In this document: one piece after another, positions 17,094 through 25,889 of the stretch
Layout of the letters: each line of letters starts with the position of its first letter
Numbering within the stretch: position 1 is the stretch's first letter
Assembly: GCA_027490875.1 (NCBI GenBank)
Contig: JAIXXE010000176.1
Span: forward strand, 1 to 35,026
Direction of reading: 5' to 3'
Source: Alphaproteobacteria bacterium
Lineage (GTDB): Bacteria > Pseudomonadota > Alphaproteobacteria > UBA2136 > UBA6156
Length of the DNA stretch: 35,026 nucleotides
Notes under the pieces: generated by a model
The model's database searches: none
What the model was told of the DNA's origin: nothing
What the model saw: the letters and a program-made list of their open reading frames with translations, nothing else
Translations under genes and position numbers: made by a program

Positions 17094-17130
17094 CACCAAG
17101 CCTGCCTATAGGGGGCAAGCAAGGGCGTTG

Positions 17131-17703
17131 TCAACCCATAGCCTCGCCAAAAGTTGCCCGTGCGACGTTGGCGGCCAACAGCGCCTCCAGCAAGTCCTGC
17201 CAGGCATCGAGCGGCGCGCTCCCCATATCCAGCGTAAAGTGGGCGTTGTCGTGCCAAATCAGGCTATGGGCCACCTCGCGGTAGGGGCTATCTTCGGCAA
17301 TCAGGTCGGGTTCGGGTTCTGCGCCCCATTGCTCCAGCCATTGGGCCAGGGGGGTTGGGTCGATACTTGCCCCCGCCATGGGTGCCAACTTTACGGGCAT
17401 GGCATCCCATGCAAAGGGCTGAATGGTGACCTGCAGCGGTTCAGGTTGACCGGGCAGGGCATCGCCCCAGCCAAACTGAATGGCGGTGGGGAACTGAAAC
17501 ACCCCTTCGCTGGCCACCTGAACGGGCCTGCCCGCCACGGTCAAGTCGTGCCACAGCGTTACGCCCACCTTGGGGGTACCTTGGTGGTGGGCGGTTTCGG
17601 TTTCTACGGCCCCACCGGCGCTGGCATCGGCGGCAGTGGCGGAAAGGGTGTCGAGGTAATCTTGCCGAATCATGCCCAACAGGTCGCCAAAGTTCATGGT
17701 CAT
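17131..17703 (-). CDS. hypothetical acidic protein translationally coupled to lpxC
   Basis: 190 aa. Its ATG (17703-17701) overlaps the lpxC TGA (17702-17700) as ATGA. Trp- and Asp/Glu-rich, with no TM segment. No family recognised. Confidence 0.6.
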   Translation of the reverse strand: MTMNFGDLLGMIRQDYLDTLSATAADASAGGAVETETAHHQGTPKVGVTLWHDLTVAGRPVQVASEGVFQFPTAIQFGWGDALPGQPEPLQVTIQPFAWDAMPVKLAPMAGASIDPTPLAQWLEQWGAEPEPDLIAEDSPYREVAHSLIWHDNAHFTLDMGSAPLDAWQDLLEALLAANVARATFGEAMG

Positions 17704-18542
17704 GGGGTAGCTTTGCTTTGGTTTAAAACGCGTTGAAGCAGCGCATTATTCGCGGTATGGCCGGGGGCGGTAAGGTTAAAATTACCCTCCAGCGGCTGGC
17801 CAGCCAAGTAGGCATCGCCCAGAAAATCCAGCACCTTATGGCGCACGGGTTCGTCAGGAAAGCGCAGGCCTTCGGGGTTGGCAATTTTGTTCTCGCGCGT
17901 CATCAGTACCCCGCTGGCCAAGCTGGCACCCTTCAGCAACCCAGCTGCCATGGCGGCCTCTACATCGGCCTGCAAGGCAAAGCTGCGGGCAGGGGCCAAG
18001 GCGTGGCGAAAGGTGGCCTCGGTGATAACCCCCCGCCATTGTTGGCGGCCTATAGTTGGTGTGGAAAACGTCACATCGCAGGCGACCTCTAGCCCCTCTT
18101 CTGGGCGTGGGGTGGCAACCAGCAAGCGGTCATCATCGGCATACTGCACGGCCTGACTCACCACCAGTGGCGCAGGCGGGGTTGCCAAGGGGGTACGGCC
18201 CGCTGCGTCAATCGCGTGCACCCAAGGCAGGGCGCTGCCATCGAGAATCGGCACTTCGGGGTAGCCATCAATTTCAATCGCAACGCCAAAAACCCCCAGC
18301 CCGTAAAGGGCCGCAAACAGATGTTCGGGCGTAGCCAAGCTGATGGCACCATCGGTAAGGGTGGTGCGCAGCGGGGTAGGCGTGACATGCGTAGCCGCCA
18401 CACGCAGGGCAGAACCATTAACCGTAAGCGCAATGCTGGGCTCGGGCAGGGGGCGCAAGTGCACGGCGGTGTGCTCGCCACTATGTAAACCAATACCTTG
18501 CAGGGTAAGGCTATGCGCAAGGGTGTAGCAGAGTGAGGCCAT
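17700..18542 (-). CDS. lpxC: UDP-3-O-acyl-N-acetylglucosamine deacetylase
   Basis: 280 aa. LQGIGLHSGEHTAVHLRP N-terminus, HKVLDFLGDAYLAG, and the PGHTANNALL C-terminal motif. Confidence 0.9.
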   Translation of the reverse strand: MASLCYTLAHSLTLQGIGLHSGEHTAVHLRPLPEPSIALTVNGSALRVAATHVTPTPLRTTLTDGAISLATPEHLFAALYGLGVFGVAIEIDGYPEVPILDGSALPWVHAIDAAGRTPLATPPAPLVVSQAVQYADDDRLLVATPRPEEGLEVACDVTFSTPTIGRQQWRGVITEATFRHALAPARSFALQADVEAAMAAGLLKGASLASGVLMTRENKIANPEGLRFPDEPVRHKVLDFLGDAYLAGQPLEGNFNLTAPGHTANNALLQRVLNQSKATP

Positions 18543-18581
18543 GGTTATTAAGTGTAAGAAAAAAATTCTCTCCTTACAAAC

Positions 18582-18609
18582 AATAAAAACGGGGGCCTTA
18601 GCCCCCGTT
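18582..18609 (-). terminator. rho-independent terminator after dnaN
   Basis: A 9-bp stem AACGGGGGC / GCCCCCGTT (18588-18596 / 18601-18609) with loop CTTA. On the minus strand it is followed by TTTTATTG. Confidence 0.6.
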
Positions 18610-18626
18610 AAGGATTCTCCTACGTT

Positions 18627-19742
18627 TTAGACGCGCATCGGCATGATGACAAAGGTCGTGGTAGGGTCGTTTGGGTCGGTCACCAGCACGGGGGCAGTGC
18701 CATCCTTGAAACTAAAGACCACATCGTCGCCGGCAATCTGACCGCCGATATCGGCCAGATATTTGGCATTAAAGCCAACCTCAAGCGGGGTTCCGGCAAA
18801 GTCGGCCTTAACCTCTTCGCTGGCGTTTTCTTGGTCGGGGTTATTGGCGGAAAGGGCCAAGGCATTTTCAATCGCGTTAAAGCGCACGCTGCGGGTTTTC
18901 TCATGGCTGAGAATGCTGACCCGGTCGACCGCCTGCAACAGCGAACGACGTGCAACCGTAAGGCTGTTGGGGTTATTTTTAGGGATGACGCGGTCGTAGT
19001 CGGGGTAGGTGGCGTCAATCACCTTGCTGGTAAGGGTAAGGTCGGTAGATTCGGCCTGTATCTTTTTCTCGCCAACCGTTAAGCGAACTTCTGCGGTTTC
19101 TTCGCAGAGACGGCGTAGCTCGGTCACGCATTTACGGGGCAGGATCACGCTAGGGATATCCTCGGCACCAGCCGGGCAGGGCACATCGGCTTGGGCCAAA
19201 CGGTGGCCATCGGTTGCCACGCAGCGCAGGGTTTGCTGGTCGTTGACCATAATGCTGTGCAGGTAAACCCCGGTAAGGTAGGCCCGGGTTTCATCGGTAC
19301 TGGCAGCAAAGCTGGTTTTTTCCAGCAGTTTTTTTAAAACAGGAGCAGAGATGGTAAAGGTAATTCCACCATCGACCCGGCTCATATCCGGAAAGGCTTC
19401 CGCCCCGAGTGTGGCCAAGCTGAACTTGGCTTTACCCGCCTGAATTGCCAGACGACTGCCGCCGCTTTCCAGCTCCATCGACACCATCACGCCCTCAGGA
19501 ATTTTACCAACAATCTCGAACAGTTTCAAAGCTTGAACGGTGGTCACGCCGGGGGTGTCGACAAAGGCCTCGGCGCTGCCTTGCACGCAAAGGTCGTTGT
19601 CGGTGGCTGTGGTTTCTAGGCGGTTATTTTCAGCCTTGAGGCGGACGTTCCCCAAAATAGCAATGCTGGAGCGCTTTTCGACCACGCTGCTCATGTGGCG
19701 CAAGGCACGATAGAAGGTTTCGCGAGAGATACTGAGTTTCAT
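18627..19742 (-). CDS. dnaN: DNA polymerase III beta subunit (sliding clamp)
   Basis: MKLSISRETFYRALRHMSSVVEKRSSIAILGNVRL ... ends FVIMPMRV. 371 aa from ATG 19742; the track ORF begins 6 codons earlier at 19760. Confidence 0.9.
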   Translation of the reverse strand: MKLSISRETFYRALRHMSSVVEKRSSIAILGNVRLKAENNRLETTATDNDLCVQGSAEAFVDTPGVTTVQALKLFEIVGKIPEGVMVSMELESGGSRLAIQAGKAKFSLATLGAEAFPDMSRVDGGITFTISAPVLKKLLEKTSFAASTDETRAYLTGVYLHSIMVNDQQTLRCVATDGHRLAQADVPCPAGAEDIPSVILPRKCVTELRRLCEETAEVRLTVGEKKIQAESTDLTLTSKVIDATYPDYDRVIPKNNPNSLTVARRSLLQAVDRVSILSHEKTRSVRFNAIENALALSANNPDQENASEEVKADFAGTPLEVGFNAKYLADIGGQIAGDDVVFSFKDGTAPVLVTDPNDPTTTFVIMPMRV

Positions 19743-19821
19743 AGAAGGCACTTTAGGCAAGTGTTGCTCTTTTGCAAGCAGGATGGGTGCAGGAGACGCC
19801 TAAGGCTTAGGCATTAAGCCT

Positions 19822-19845
19822 AAAAAAAGCCCCCAGACGGGGGCT
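19822..19845 (-). terminator. rho-independent terminator after rpsU
   Basis: The minus strand reads AGCCCCC-GTCT-GGGGGCT followed by TTTTTTT (plus-strand A-run 19822-19828). A second hairpin AGGCTTA-GGCAT-TAAGCCT lies just downstream at about 19803-19821. Confidence 0.8.
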
Positions 19846-19868
19846 TAGGTAAGTTGTAACCAGAAACT

Positions 19869-20069
19869 TTAGAGTTCCCACTGACGCTTGTTGTCGGCTT
19901 TTTTGGTACGGCGGACGCCTTCACGCATTTCGCGGGCACGCTTTTCGAAAGGTTTCTCGTTGTAACGACGTTGGCGCAACTCGCGGAACAGACCCTCGCG
20001 GTTCATCAGCTTTTTCAGGCGACGCAAGGCCTGCTCTACATCGTTGCTGAAAACATCTACGCGAATCAT
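19869..20069 (-). CDS. rpsU: 30S ribosomal protein S21
   Basis: 66 aa. VEQALRRLKKLMNREGLFRELRQRRYNEKPFEKRAREMREGVRR matches the alphaproteobacterial S21 pattern. Confidence 0.9.
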   Translation of the reverse strand: MIRVDVFSNDVEQALRRLKKLMNREGLFRELRQRRYNEKPFEKRAREMREGVRRTKKADNKRQWEL

Positions 20070-20166
20070 CGGTATGGCACTTTTTCTGTCATCGTTGACC
20101 TGGCTGCACCATGCAGCAAAGCCTATAGGGGCGCTTTAGCCCGAAGAACGGGGGTAAGTCAAGCCC

Positions 20167-20688
20167 TTAAAGCGTTAACAGCTGCAACCCTAGCGGGGTG
20201 AGCTCGAGGCGGGGCGGCAGGTTAGCCGCAGCAGCGGCCGTGACCACCACAAAATCGGCCGCCAGTGGTACCAGCAGCGTTTTGGGATTGGCTTCGGTCT
20301 TTATCACCAAAGCAGGGCCTGCCGGCAGTTCGGTGATGGCCTCAACCAGCCCCTGAACCTTGCCGGTATGGTCGACCACGGGCTGGCCAATCAGGTCGGC
20401 CAGAAGTACTTCATCTTCTGCCACATCAAAGGCAGATTTTTCAGCAAAAACAGGCCCTTTAAGCGCTGCGGCGGCTTCTGGGGTCGCAATCCCAGCCAAC
20501 TGGATGGCCACGAGGCCCTGCCCAACTGGTTTGGAATTGACTAAACCGTACCCTGTACCATCGGCTAAAAACACAGTTTTAATGCTGCGCAGCAGGGCAG
20601 GGTCGGCCAGCAGCAGCTTAACCTTCACATAGCCCTGCAAGCCATGGGGGCCTTTAAGGCCCCCAATCTGGATGCGGTCGGCCGCCAT
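20167..20688 (-). CDS. rimM: 16S rRNA processing protein RimM
   Basis: 173 aa. IQIGGLKGPHGLQGYVKVK N-terminal motif and a PRC-barrel-like C-terminus. Directly downstream of rpsP. Confidence 0.85.
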   Translation of the reverse strand: MAADRIQIGGLKGPHGLQGYVKVKLLLADPALLRSIKTVFLADGTGYGLVNSKPVGQGLVAIQLAGIATPEAAAALKGPVFAEKSAFDVAEDEVLLADLIGQPVVDHTGKVQGLVEAITELPAGPALVIKTEANPKTLLVPLAADFVVVTAAAAANLPPRLELTPLGLQLLTL

Positions 20689-20711
20689 GGGCTGACGAGA
20701 CCTGCTCAGGG

Positions 20712-21239
20712 TTAAGCCTGTGGCTGTTCGGCTGGGGCTTCCGGTGTTGCGGCAGCAGCAGTGTCGGCTTCGGCCTTGGCAGCAGCTTCAGCGGCAGCCT
20801 TGGCTTCAGCAGCGGCGGCAGCTTTGGCTTCGGCCTCGGCAACGGCCTTGGCTTCGGCGGCGGCCTTGGCTTCGGCTTCAGCGGCGGCGGCGGCCTTCAG
20901 GGCTTCGCCATGGGCTTTGCCAGCAGCAACCACACCTGCGGTTTTAATACGGCGGGTTTTTACTTTAATGAAGGCATTCCGCACGGCTTCGGGGCCAACG
21001 TTATGCTTTACCAGCAGGCGGGCCACCACATCGGTAACCTGCGCGCCCACGCCAACCCAGTAGGTGAGGCGTTCTTCGTTCAGGTTAAAGGGTACTTCGG
21101 CCCCACGGGCCTTGGGGGCATAAAAGCCCAAGCGTTCAATAAACTTTTTATCGCGGCTGGCGCGGCTGTCGGCAGCAACGATGCTATAGATAGGGAGGCT
21201 CTTGCGACCACCACGGGCCAGACGAATTTTAACGGCCAT
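20712..21239 (-). CDS. rpsP: 30S ribosomal protein S16 with Ala/Glu/Lys-rich C-terminal extension
   Basis: MAVKIRLARGGRKSLPIYSIVAADSRASRDKKFIERLGFYAP ... then about 70 aa of AAEAKAAAEA low complexity. Confidence 0.9.
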   Translation of the reverse strand: MAVKIRLARGGRKSLPIYSIVAADSRASRDKKFIERLGFYAPKARGAEVPFNLNEERLTYWVGVGAQVTDVVARLLVKHNVGPEAVRNAFIKVKTRRIKTAGVVAAGKAHGEALKAAAAAEAEAKAAAEAKAVAEAEAKAAAAAEAKAAAEAAAKAEADTAAAATPEAPAEQPQA

Positions 21240-21483
21240 TGTTTTGGCTTTCTCTTTAATCTATTACGCCACTTTATTAAAGTGACTTCCCCAAGGAACG
21301 GGGCCATCCCAAGGTTTGGAATGGAGGCACGGGGCTGGGGAATTCCAGCGCAGTGCAAGGCCCATGTAGCAAGCCACGCCAGCCTTGGCAAGGGTTTTAG
21401 CGCATCATGGGGGAATTGAACGGTATGGATAGAAGTACTTTTTGGGTGTTTATATATAAAAAGAATAACTTAAACGAATTTTC

Positions 21484-21512
21484 TTGACAGCCTGAAACAA
21501 GCAGGCTAGGGT
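21484..21512 (+). promoter_or_regulatory. sigma70-type promoter candidate with operator-like palindrome in the spacer
   Basis: TTGACA (21484-21489), a 17-bp spacer, then TAGGGT (21507-21512). An AT-rich tract lies upstream (21443-21483). The spacer is filled by the inverted repeat AGCCTG-N7-CAGGCT (21489-21507). Confidence 0.45.
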
Positions 21513-21535
21513 TCTTTCATCCTTGCAGAACTGTG

Positions 21536-21561
21536 CCGCCCCTTGAGGCGGATTTTTTATT
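21536..21561 (+). terminator. terminator-like hairpin plus T-tract between the promoter and the first cluster gene
   Basis: CCGCC (21536-21540), loop CCTTGA, GGCGG (21547-21551), then ATTTTTTATT. The stem is only 5 bp, so it is weak on its own. Confidence 0.4.
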
Positions 21562-21579
21562 CTAGGAAAGCCCCCCACC

Positions 21580-21852
21580 ATGGATGACCCTGGTTCCACC
21601 ACGCAGTTGGCGCGGCGCTTGGCCGACATCGATGACGCCATGTGGTTACGCGCCAGAGAAGGCGACGTGGCCGCTGCCAAGCTGGTGTATGCCCGCTTGG
21701 CCGAAGCCTTACCGCCACCAACACCCCCCTTGCCGCCAAGTTGGGATGCCCTGCTGACGCTGCTGCGGCAGGTTGAACATCATCATAAGGAGATAGAACG
21801 CCATGGCCTTTTGGTTAACGCTGCTAACGTGGGTGCTGGCCCGACTGGATGA
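21580..21852 (+). CDS. hypothetical small protein in the small-terminase position
   Basis: 90 aa. Its stop overlaps the TerL ATG (ATGA at 21849-21852). Helical N-terminus with a Pro-rich middle. The assignment is by position only. Confidence 0.5.
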   Translation: MDDPGSTTQLARRLADIDDAMWLRAREGDVAAAKLVYARLAEALPPPTPPLPPSWDALLTLLRQVEHHHKEIERHGLLVNAANVGAGPTG

Positions 21853-23297
21853 ATGGCGGCTGCGCGCGCCAGCCCCTAAAAATCCTCGGGCCCCGAACCG
21901 GAACTGCCGGGGTGACTAACCAACCAGCCACCACGGCACTGCTCCACCTTTGGGAAGCCCTTCAACTCTGGCAGGCTAGTCTGGGGGGCTGGTATTGCCC
22001 GCACAGTCGTCAGCAGGCCTTTCATGCCGCCGGCAGTGTGGCGCACGAGCGGCTCTTTCTTGCGGGCAACCGGGTGGGGAAGACTTTGGCCGGTGCCGCC
22101 GAGGTGGCCTTTCACCTCAGCGGGGCCTACCCCCCGTGGTGGCAAGGGGTACGGTTTAGTCAACCCGTTCAGGCTTGGGCGGCTTCGGTCACGCGGGAAG
22201 TGACGCGCGATATCTTGCAAGCCACCTACCTTGGGGGCCCAGCGGGCAACCCACGCGGCGTGATTGAGCCCGTGCGGCTGGTCGCGCAGCGGCACAAGGG
22301 CGGGGGGGCAGTGGATGTGGTGAGTGTGCGGCACCATTCGGGCGGGCTTTCGGTGCTTGGCTTTAAAAGCTTCGACCAAGGCCGGGCCAGCTTTCAGGGC
22401 ACCGCGCGGCACGTGATTCATCTGGATGAAGAACCCCCGTTGGAGGTGTATCAAGAAGCCTTGCTGCGGACTCTCACCCTGCAAGGGCACCTGCTGCTAA
22501 CGATGACGCCGCTGATGGGCCTAACCCCGTTGCTAACCCATTACCTTGGCAATGCTGGCGCTACCACGCGGGCGGGGAAGGCGGTGATTCGTGCAGGGTG
22601 GGCCGATACCTTTCACCTTAACAGCGCAGCCCAAGCAAGGTTGCGTGCCAGCTTACCACCCCACGAACTGGCGGCCCGCGAACACGGGGAAATTCGGGCA
22701 GCGCAGGGTTTGGTCTACCCGTTAGCCGAAGCCGACGTGGCGGTGCCACGGTTCGCAATTCCGGCTGGTTGGCGCCGTATCGTGGGCGTGGATTTTGGCT
22801 ACGTTGCCCCCACAGCAGCCGTATGGTTGGCCCACGATACCGCCACCGATACCGTGTATGTGACCGATACCTACGCCGTGGCCGAGCAAACCCCCGCCAC
22901 GCATGCGGCCGCAATTCTGGCGCACGGGGGTTGGCCCGCGGTATGCGACCCGGCCGGGCAAGCGGCCAGCCAACGCGACGGACTTAGCCTGATTGAACTG
23001 TACGCCGAGGCCGGGCTGCATTTTACCCTGGCCAACAACACGGTTGAATACGGCCTGATGGTGATGCTGGAGCGGTTGCGCGCGGGGACTTTAAAAGTCT
23101 TTGCCGATCTGCCCGATTGGTGGGCCGAATACCGGCTTTATCGGCGCGACAGCAAAGGCCGCGTGGTGAAGCAAGATGACCACCTGATGGATGCCACCCG
23201 CTACGCCTTGGTAAGCCTGTCGCTGGCCCGTGCTGAGAAGGAAGCCCGCAGCCTGCCAAGGCCGCGCGGCCACGCGGGCGACTGGCGCACGGTTTAG
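21849..23297 (+). CDS. phage terminase large subunit
   Basis: 482 aa. Walker A-like LAGNRVGKTLAGA, Walker B-like VIHLDEEP, and a C-terminal nuclease-like region (VGVDFGY ... DDHLMDATRYAL) typical of TerL. Confidence 0.85.
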   Translation: MNGGCARQPLKILGPRTGTAGVTNQPATTALLHLWEALQLWQASLGGWYCPHSRQQAFHAAGSVAHERLFLAGNRVGKTLAGAAEVAFHLSGAYPPWWQGVRFSQPVQAWAASVTREVTRDILQATYLGGPAGNPRGVIEPVRLVAQRHKGGGAVDVVSVRHHSGGLSVLGFKSFDQGRASFQGTARHVIHLDEEPPLEVYQEALLRTLTLQGHLLLTMTPLMGLTPLLTHYLGNAGATTRAGKAVIRAGWADTFHLNSAAQARLRASLPPHELAAREHGEIRAAQGLVYPLAEADVAVPRFAIPAGWRRIVGVDFGYVAPTAAVWLAHDTATDTVYVTDTYAVAEQTPATHAAAILAHGGWPAVCDPAGQAASQRDGLSLIELYAEAGLHFTLANNTVEYGLMVMLERLRAGTLKVFADLPDWWAEYRLYRRDSKGRVVKQDDHLMDATRYALVSLSLARAEKEARSLPRPRGHAGDWRTV

Positions 23298-23342
23298 CTC
23301 TTCTGCATCCCCACCCTGAAACATTTAAGAAAGTAAGCCCGC

Positions 23343-23666
23343 ATGAGCACGTTGACACAGACCCATATCTATACCAGCGCCGGTCGGCAGCGCCCGGTCA
23401 TCCTGCCCAGCAGCGGCACCGCGCGCTTTGTCTTGCAACTTCTGCCCGGCGATAGCGGGGTGATGCAGACCACGTGTGACCCCCCGGAACAATTAAAGCG
23501 GGGCACCGCCATCTGGGAGGACTATCAGGGTGGCATTGAAGGGGCCGTTGGCGACGTAACGGCGGTGAGGGCTGTGCTGGGTCACAACAGCGGCTGGGCC
23601 AAATTGGTGGTCCAGCATCAGGGGGATAAAGGGTTGGTACCGATGAATCAAGCAGGAGCACAATAG
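23343..23666 (+). CDS. hypothetical protein (between terminase and portal)
   Basis: A 107-aa ORF that is co-directional and tightly packed; its stop lies 2 nt before the portal ATG. No family recognised. Confidence 0.5.
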   Translation: MSTLTQTHIYTSAGRQRPVILPSSGTARFVLQLLPGDSGVMQTTCDPPEQLKRGTAIWEDYQGGIEGAVGDVTAVRAVLGHNSGWAKLVVQHQGDKGLVPMNQAGAQ

Positions 23667-23668
23667 CC

Positions 23669-25219
23669 ATGGACCCAACCGAACTGTTAACCCGTGCCCG
23701 CAGCCTGTACGAGGCAGCTGTGCAATCCCAAGCCTATACCCATTGGCAAGAGGAAGCCCGACTGGCGTGGGATTTTTACGACGGCCAGCAATGGGCACCC
23801 GAAGAAGTGGCGCGTTTGGCGGAGCTAGGGCAGCCCGCGATCGTGATTAACAAGATTGCCGCAAAAATTGATAATGTGGCCGGTACCGAAGTGGCAGGCC
23901 GGACGCGACTGGCCTACCGCAGCCGCAGCGGGGTAAAGCAAGAAGAACAGGCCGCCCGTGTCTTAACCGAGCTGTTAAGCTACACCGCCGAGCGCACCGA
24001 CCTGCCGCAGGAAATCAGTTACGCCTTTCGGGCAGGGTTGGTCAGCGGCATCGGCTGGTTGGAAATGGGGCAAGACCAAGCCGTGTTTGTGAAGGCCGAA
24101 GATGACCTGGCCGTGGTGTGGGACCCATGGGCCCGCGCGCCCGATTTAAGCGACGCCCGCTTTGTGGCGCGTACGCGGTGGCTGGACGGCGACGCGGTGG
24201 GCGTACTGTTCCCCGACCACGCCGCCAAGGTGTTAAGCGCCCTGCGCACGCAGGGCCTTAAGGGCCCCTACAGTCAACGCGGGGAAGGGCTGCTAGGCAG
24301 CCAAGGAGTACGCTACTACGACGAACGCAACGAACTGTATCGGGTAGTAGAGGTGCAGTTAAAACGGGCCGTTAAGCAGTGGCAAGTTCAGTTGCTGAGT
24401 GGCCAGATTCGGGGCTTTACCAGCCGTACCGAAGCCCGTGCCATGGCCCAAACCCCGGGCGCGCAGCTGTTGCCTCAGCAGTATATGACACAGGTGCAGG
24501 TGGTGTACTATGCGGGCGAAGTCTTGCTCCATCAGCAAACCCTGCCGAGCGAGGAGTTTACGCTGCTGCCCTACGTGTACAAACGCCACAAAGCCGATGG
24601 CCGCCCTTATGGGCTGGTGCGTGCGGCCATCGACCCCCAACGGGAGCTTAACAAACGCCGCAGCAAAGCCATGCACCTGCTCAACACCGTGCAGGTAATT
24701 GCCGACATCGACGCGGTGGACGACCCAGCCCTGTTGGCGCGGGAAGCCGCGCGCCCCGATGGGTTAATTCTGAAACGTGCGGGCAAGGATTTACGCATCA
24801 TCCGCAACGCCGATTTGGCGGCCAGCCAAGTGGCGGTGATGGAACAGGCTGGTCGGGATATTCAGGATGTTTTGGGTGTGTTCGATGAAGCCATGGGCAA
24901 GGAAAGCAACGCCCAAAGTGGGCGGGCCATTCAGCAGCGCCAGCTGGCGGGCACCTTAAATCAAATGTTTGCCTTCGATGCGCTGCGGCGGATGAAGAAG
25001 CGCCTCGGCGTTCAGTTGCTTACGTTGCTACGCCAAAGCCTTACGCCGACACAGGTGCTGCGTATTACCGACGACCTGACTGCCGCACGGCTCTTTGCGC
25101 AAGGCGCTAATAACCTTCAAGCCAGCTTTGACGTGGTGGTGGAAGAGGTACGCGACGCCCTTTCGGCCCGCGATGCAGCCATTATTGAAGCCCAACGGCC
25201 TGACTTGCTGGGGGCTTAA
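23669..25219 (+). CDS. phage portal protein (P22-like type)
   Basis: 516 aa. N-terminal WQEEARLAWDFYDGQQW motif, comparable to P22 gp1 [21 protein letters not shown]. AGGAG RBS upstream. Sits between TerL and the scaffold. Confidence 0.8.
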   Translation: MDPTELLTRARSLYEAAVQSQAYTHWQEEARLAWDFYDGQQWAPEEVARLAELGQPAIVINKIAAKIDNVAGTEVAGRTRLAYRSRSGVKQEEQAARVLTELLSYTAERTDLPQEISYAFRAGLVSGIGWLEMGQDQAVFVKAEDDLAVVWDPWARAPDLSDARFVARTRWLDGDAVGVLFPDHAAKVLSALRTQGLKGPYSQRGEGLLGSQGVRYYDERNELYRVVEVQLKRAVKQWQVQLLSGQIRGFTSRTEARAMAQTPGAQLLPQQYMTQVQVVYYAGEVLLHQQTLPSEEFTLLPYVYKRHKADGRPYGLVRAAIDPQRELNKRRSKAMHLLNTVQVIADIDAVDDPALLAREAARPDGLILKRAGKDLRIIRNADLAASQVAVMEQAGRDIQDVLGVFDEAMGKESNAQSGRAIQQRQLAGTLNQMFAFDALRRMKKRLGVQLLTLLRQSLTPTQVLRITDDLTAARLFAQGANNLQASFDVVVEEVRDALSARDAAIIEAQRPDLLGA

Positions 25220-25265
25220 GCCTTCACCCGTTAACAACGATTCTTAAAAAAGGAAGCAAACAGAT

Positions 25266-25844
25266 ATGTTCCCCTTCAAAAAGCATGCCGTACAGCCAGC
25301 CCAAACGCCGCTGAACGAAAAGCTACAGGAAATTCGCACCCAGCTAACCCAGCTGAACGACGGTGCAAAAAAAGTTGGTGGCGAGCAGGCGACGTTGAGT
25401 GACGATGCCCCGCTCCCGGCTGACAAACGCGCAGCGATTGCGCGCGACGAAACCCTCATCCGCACGGCCTTGCAAACTGTGGGCATCGATTACGACGCCC
25501 TGATTGCAACGCCTTCGCAAGAAGGTACACCTTCGCCCTATGCCTTGGCGGTGCAGGCCAACCCGGCACTGCTGCAAGATGTTCTGGGTGCTCCAACGCC
25601 CGCGTTAAAGGCCTTGGAAGTGGCGGTAAACTTTAAACCCTACGCCGAGTTCTCGGCCAAATATGGCCACGAACCAGCCGCGATTAAGGCTGCAATTCGG
25701 GCCGAAGTGCTGGCCGAAAACCCAGCCGCACCCGAAGCCCCAGAAGCGGCAACGCCCACGCTGCCCTTCAGCCGCATCCGTGGTGGCAGCAAGGCTGCAC
25801 CGGCTAAGCCCAAGGGCACCTTGAACGAGGTGTTTCGTTCCTAG
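25266..25844 (+). CDS. scaffolding protein candidate
   Basis: 192 aa, helical and Ala/Glu/Pro-rich, lying between portal and major capsid genes. Called from position and composition only. Confidence 0.55.
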   Translation: MFPFKKHAVQPAQTPLNEKLQEIRTQLTQLNDGAKKVGGEQATLSDDAPLPADKRAAIARDETLIRTALQTVGIDYDALIATPSQEGTPSPYALAVQANPALLQDVLGAPTPALKALEVAVNFKPYAEFSAKYGHEPAAIKAAIRAEVLAENPAAPEAPEAATPTLPFSRIRGGSKAAPAKPKGTLNEVFRS

Positions 25845-25889
25845 ACGCACGCGCTGCGTCCCCAAGCAACCAACCGAAAGGGTCAGGCT

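Noticed and set aside
20720-21063. Ala/Leu/Arg-rich ORFs 20720-20947(+), 20761-21063(+) and 20654-20842(-)
   Set aside because: They are mirror or alternative-frame readings of the GC-rich low-complexity (AAEAKA)n tail of rpsP.
21270-21284. Perfect palindrome CACTTTA-T-TAAAGTG in the rpsP leader
   Set aside because: It is short and AT-rich and could arise by chance or be a minor leader hairpin. I could not assign it any specific regulator or motif.
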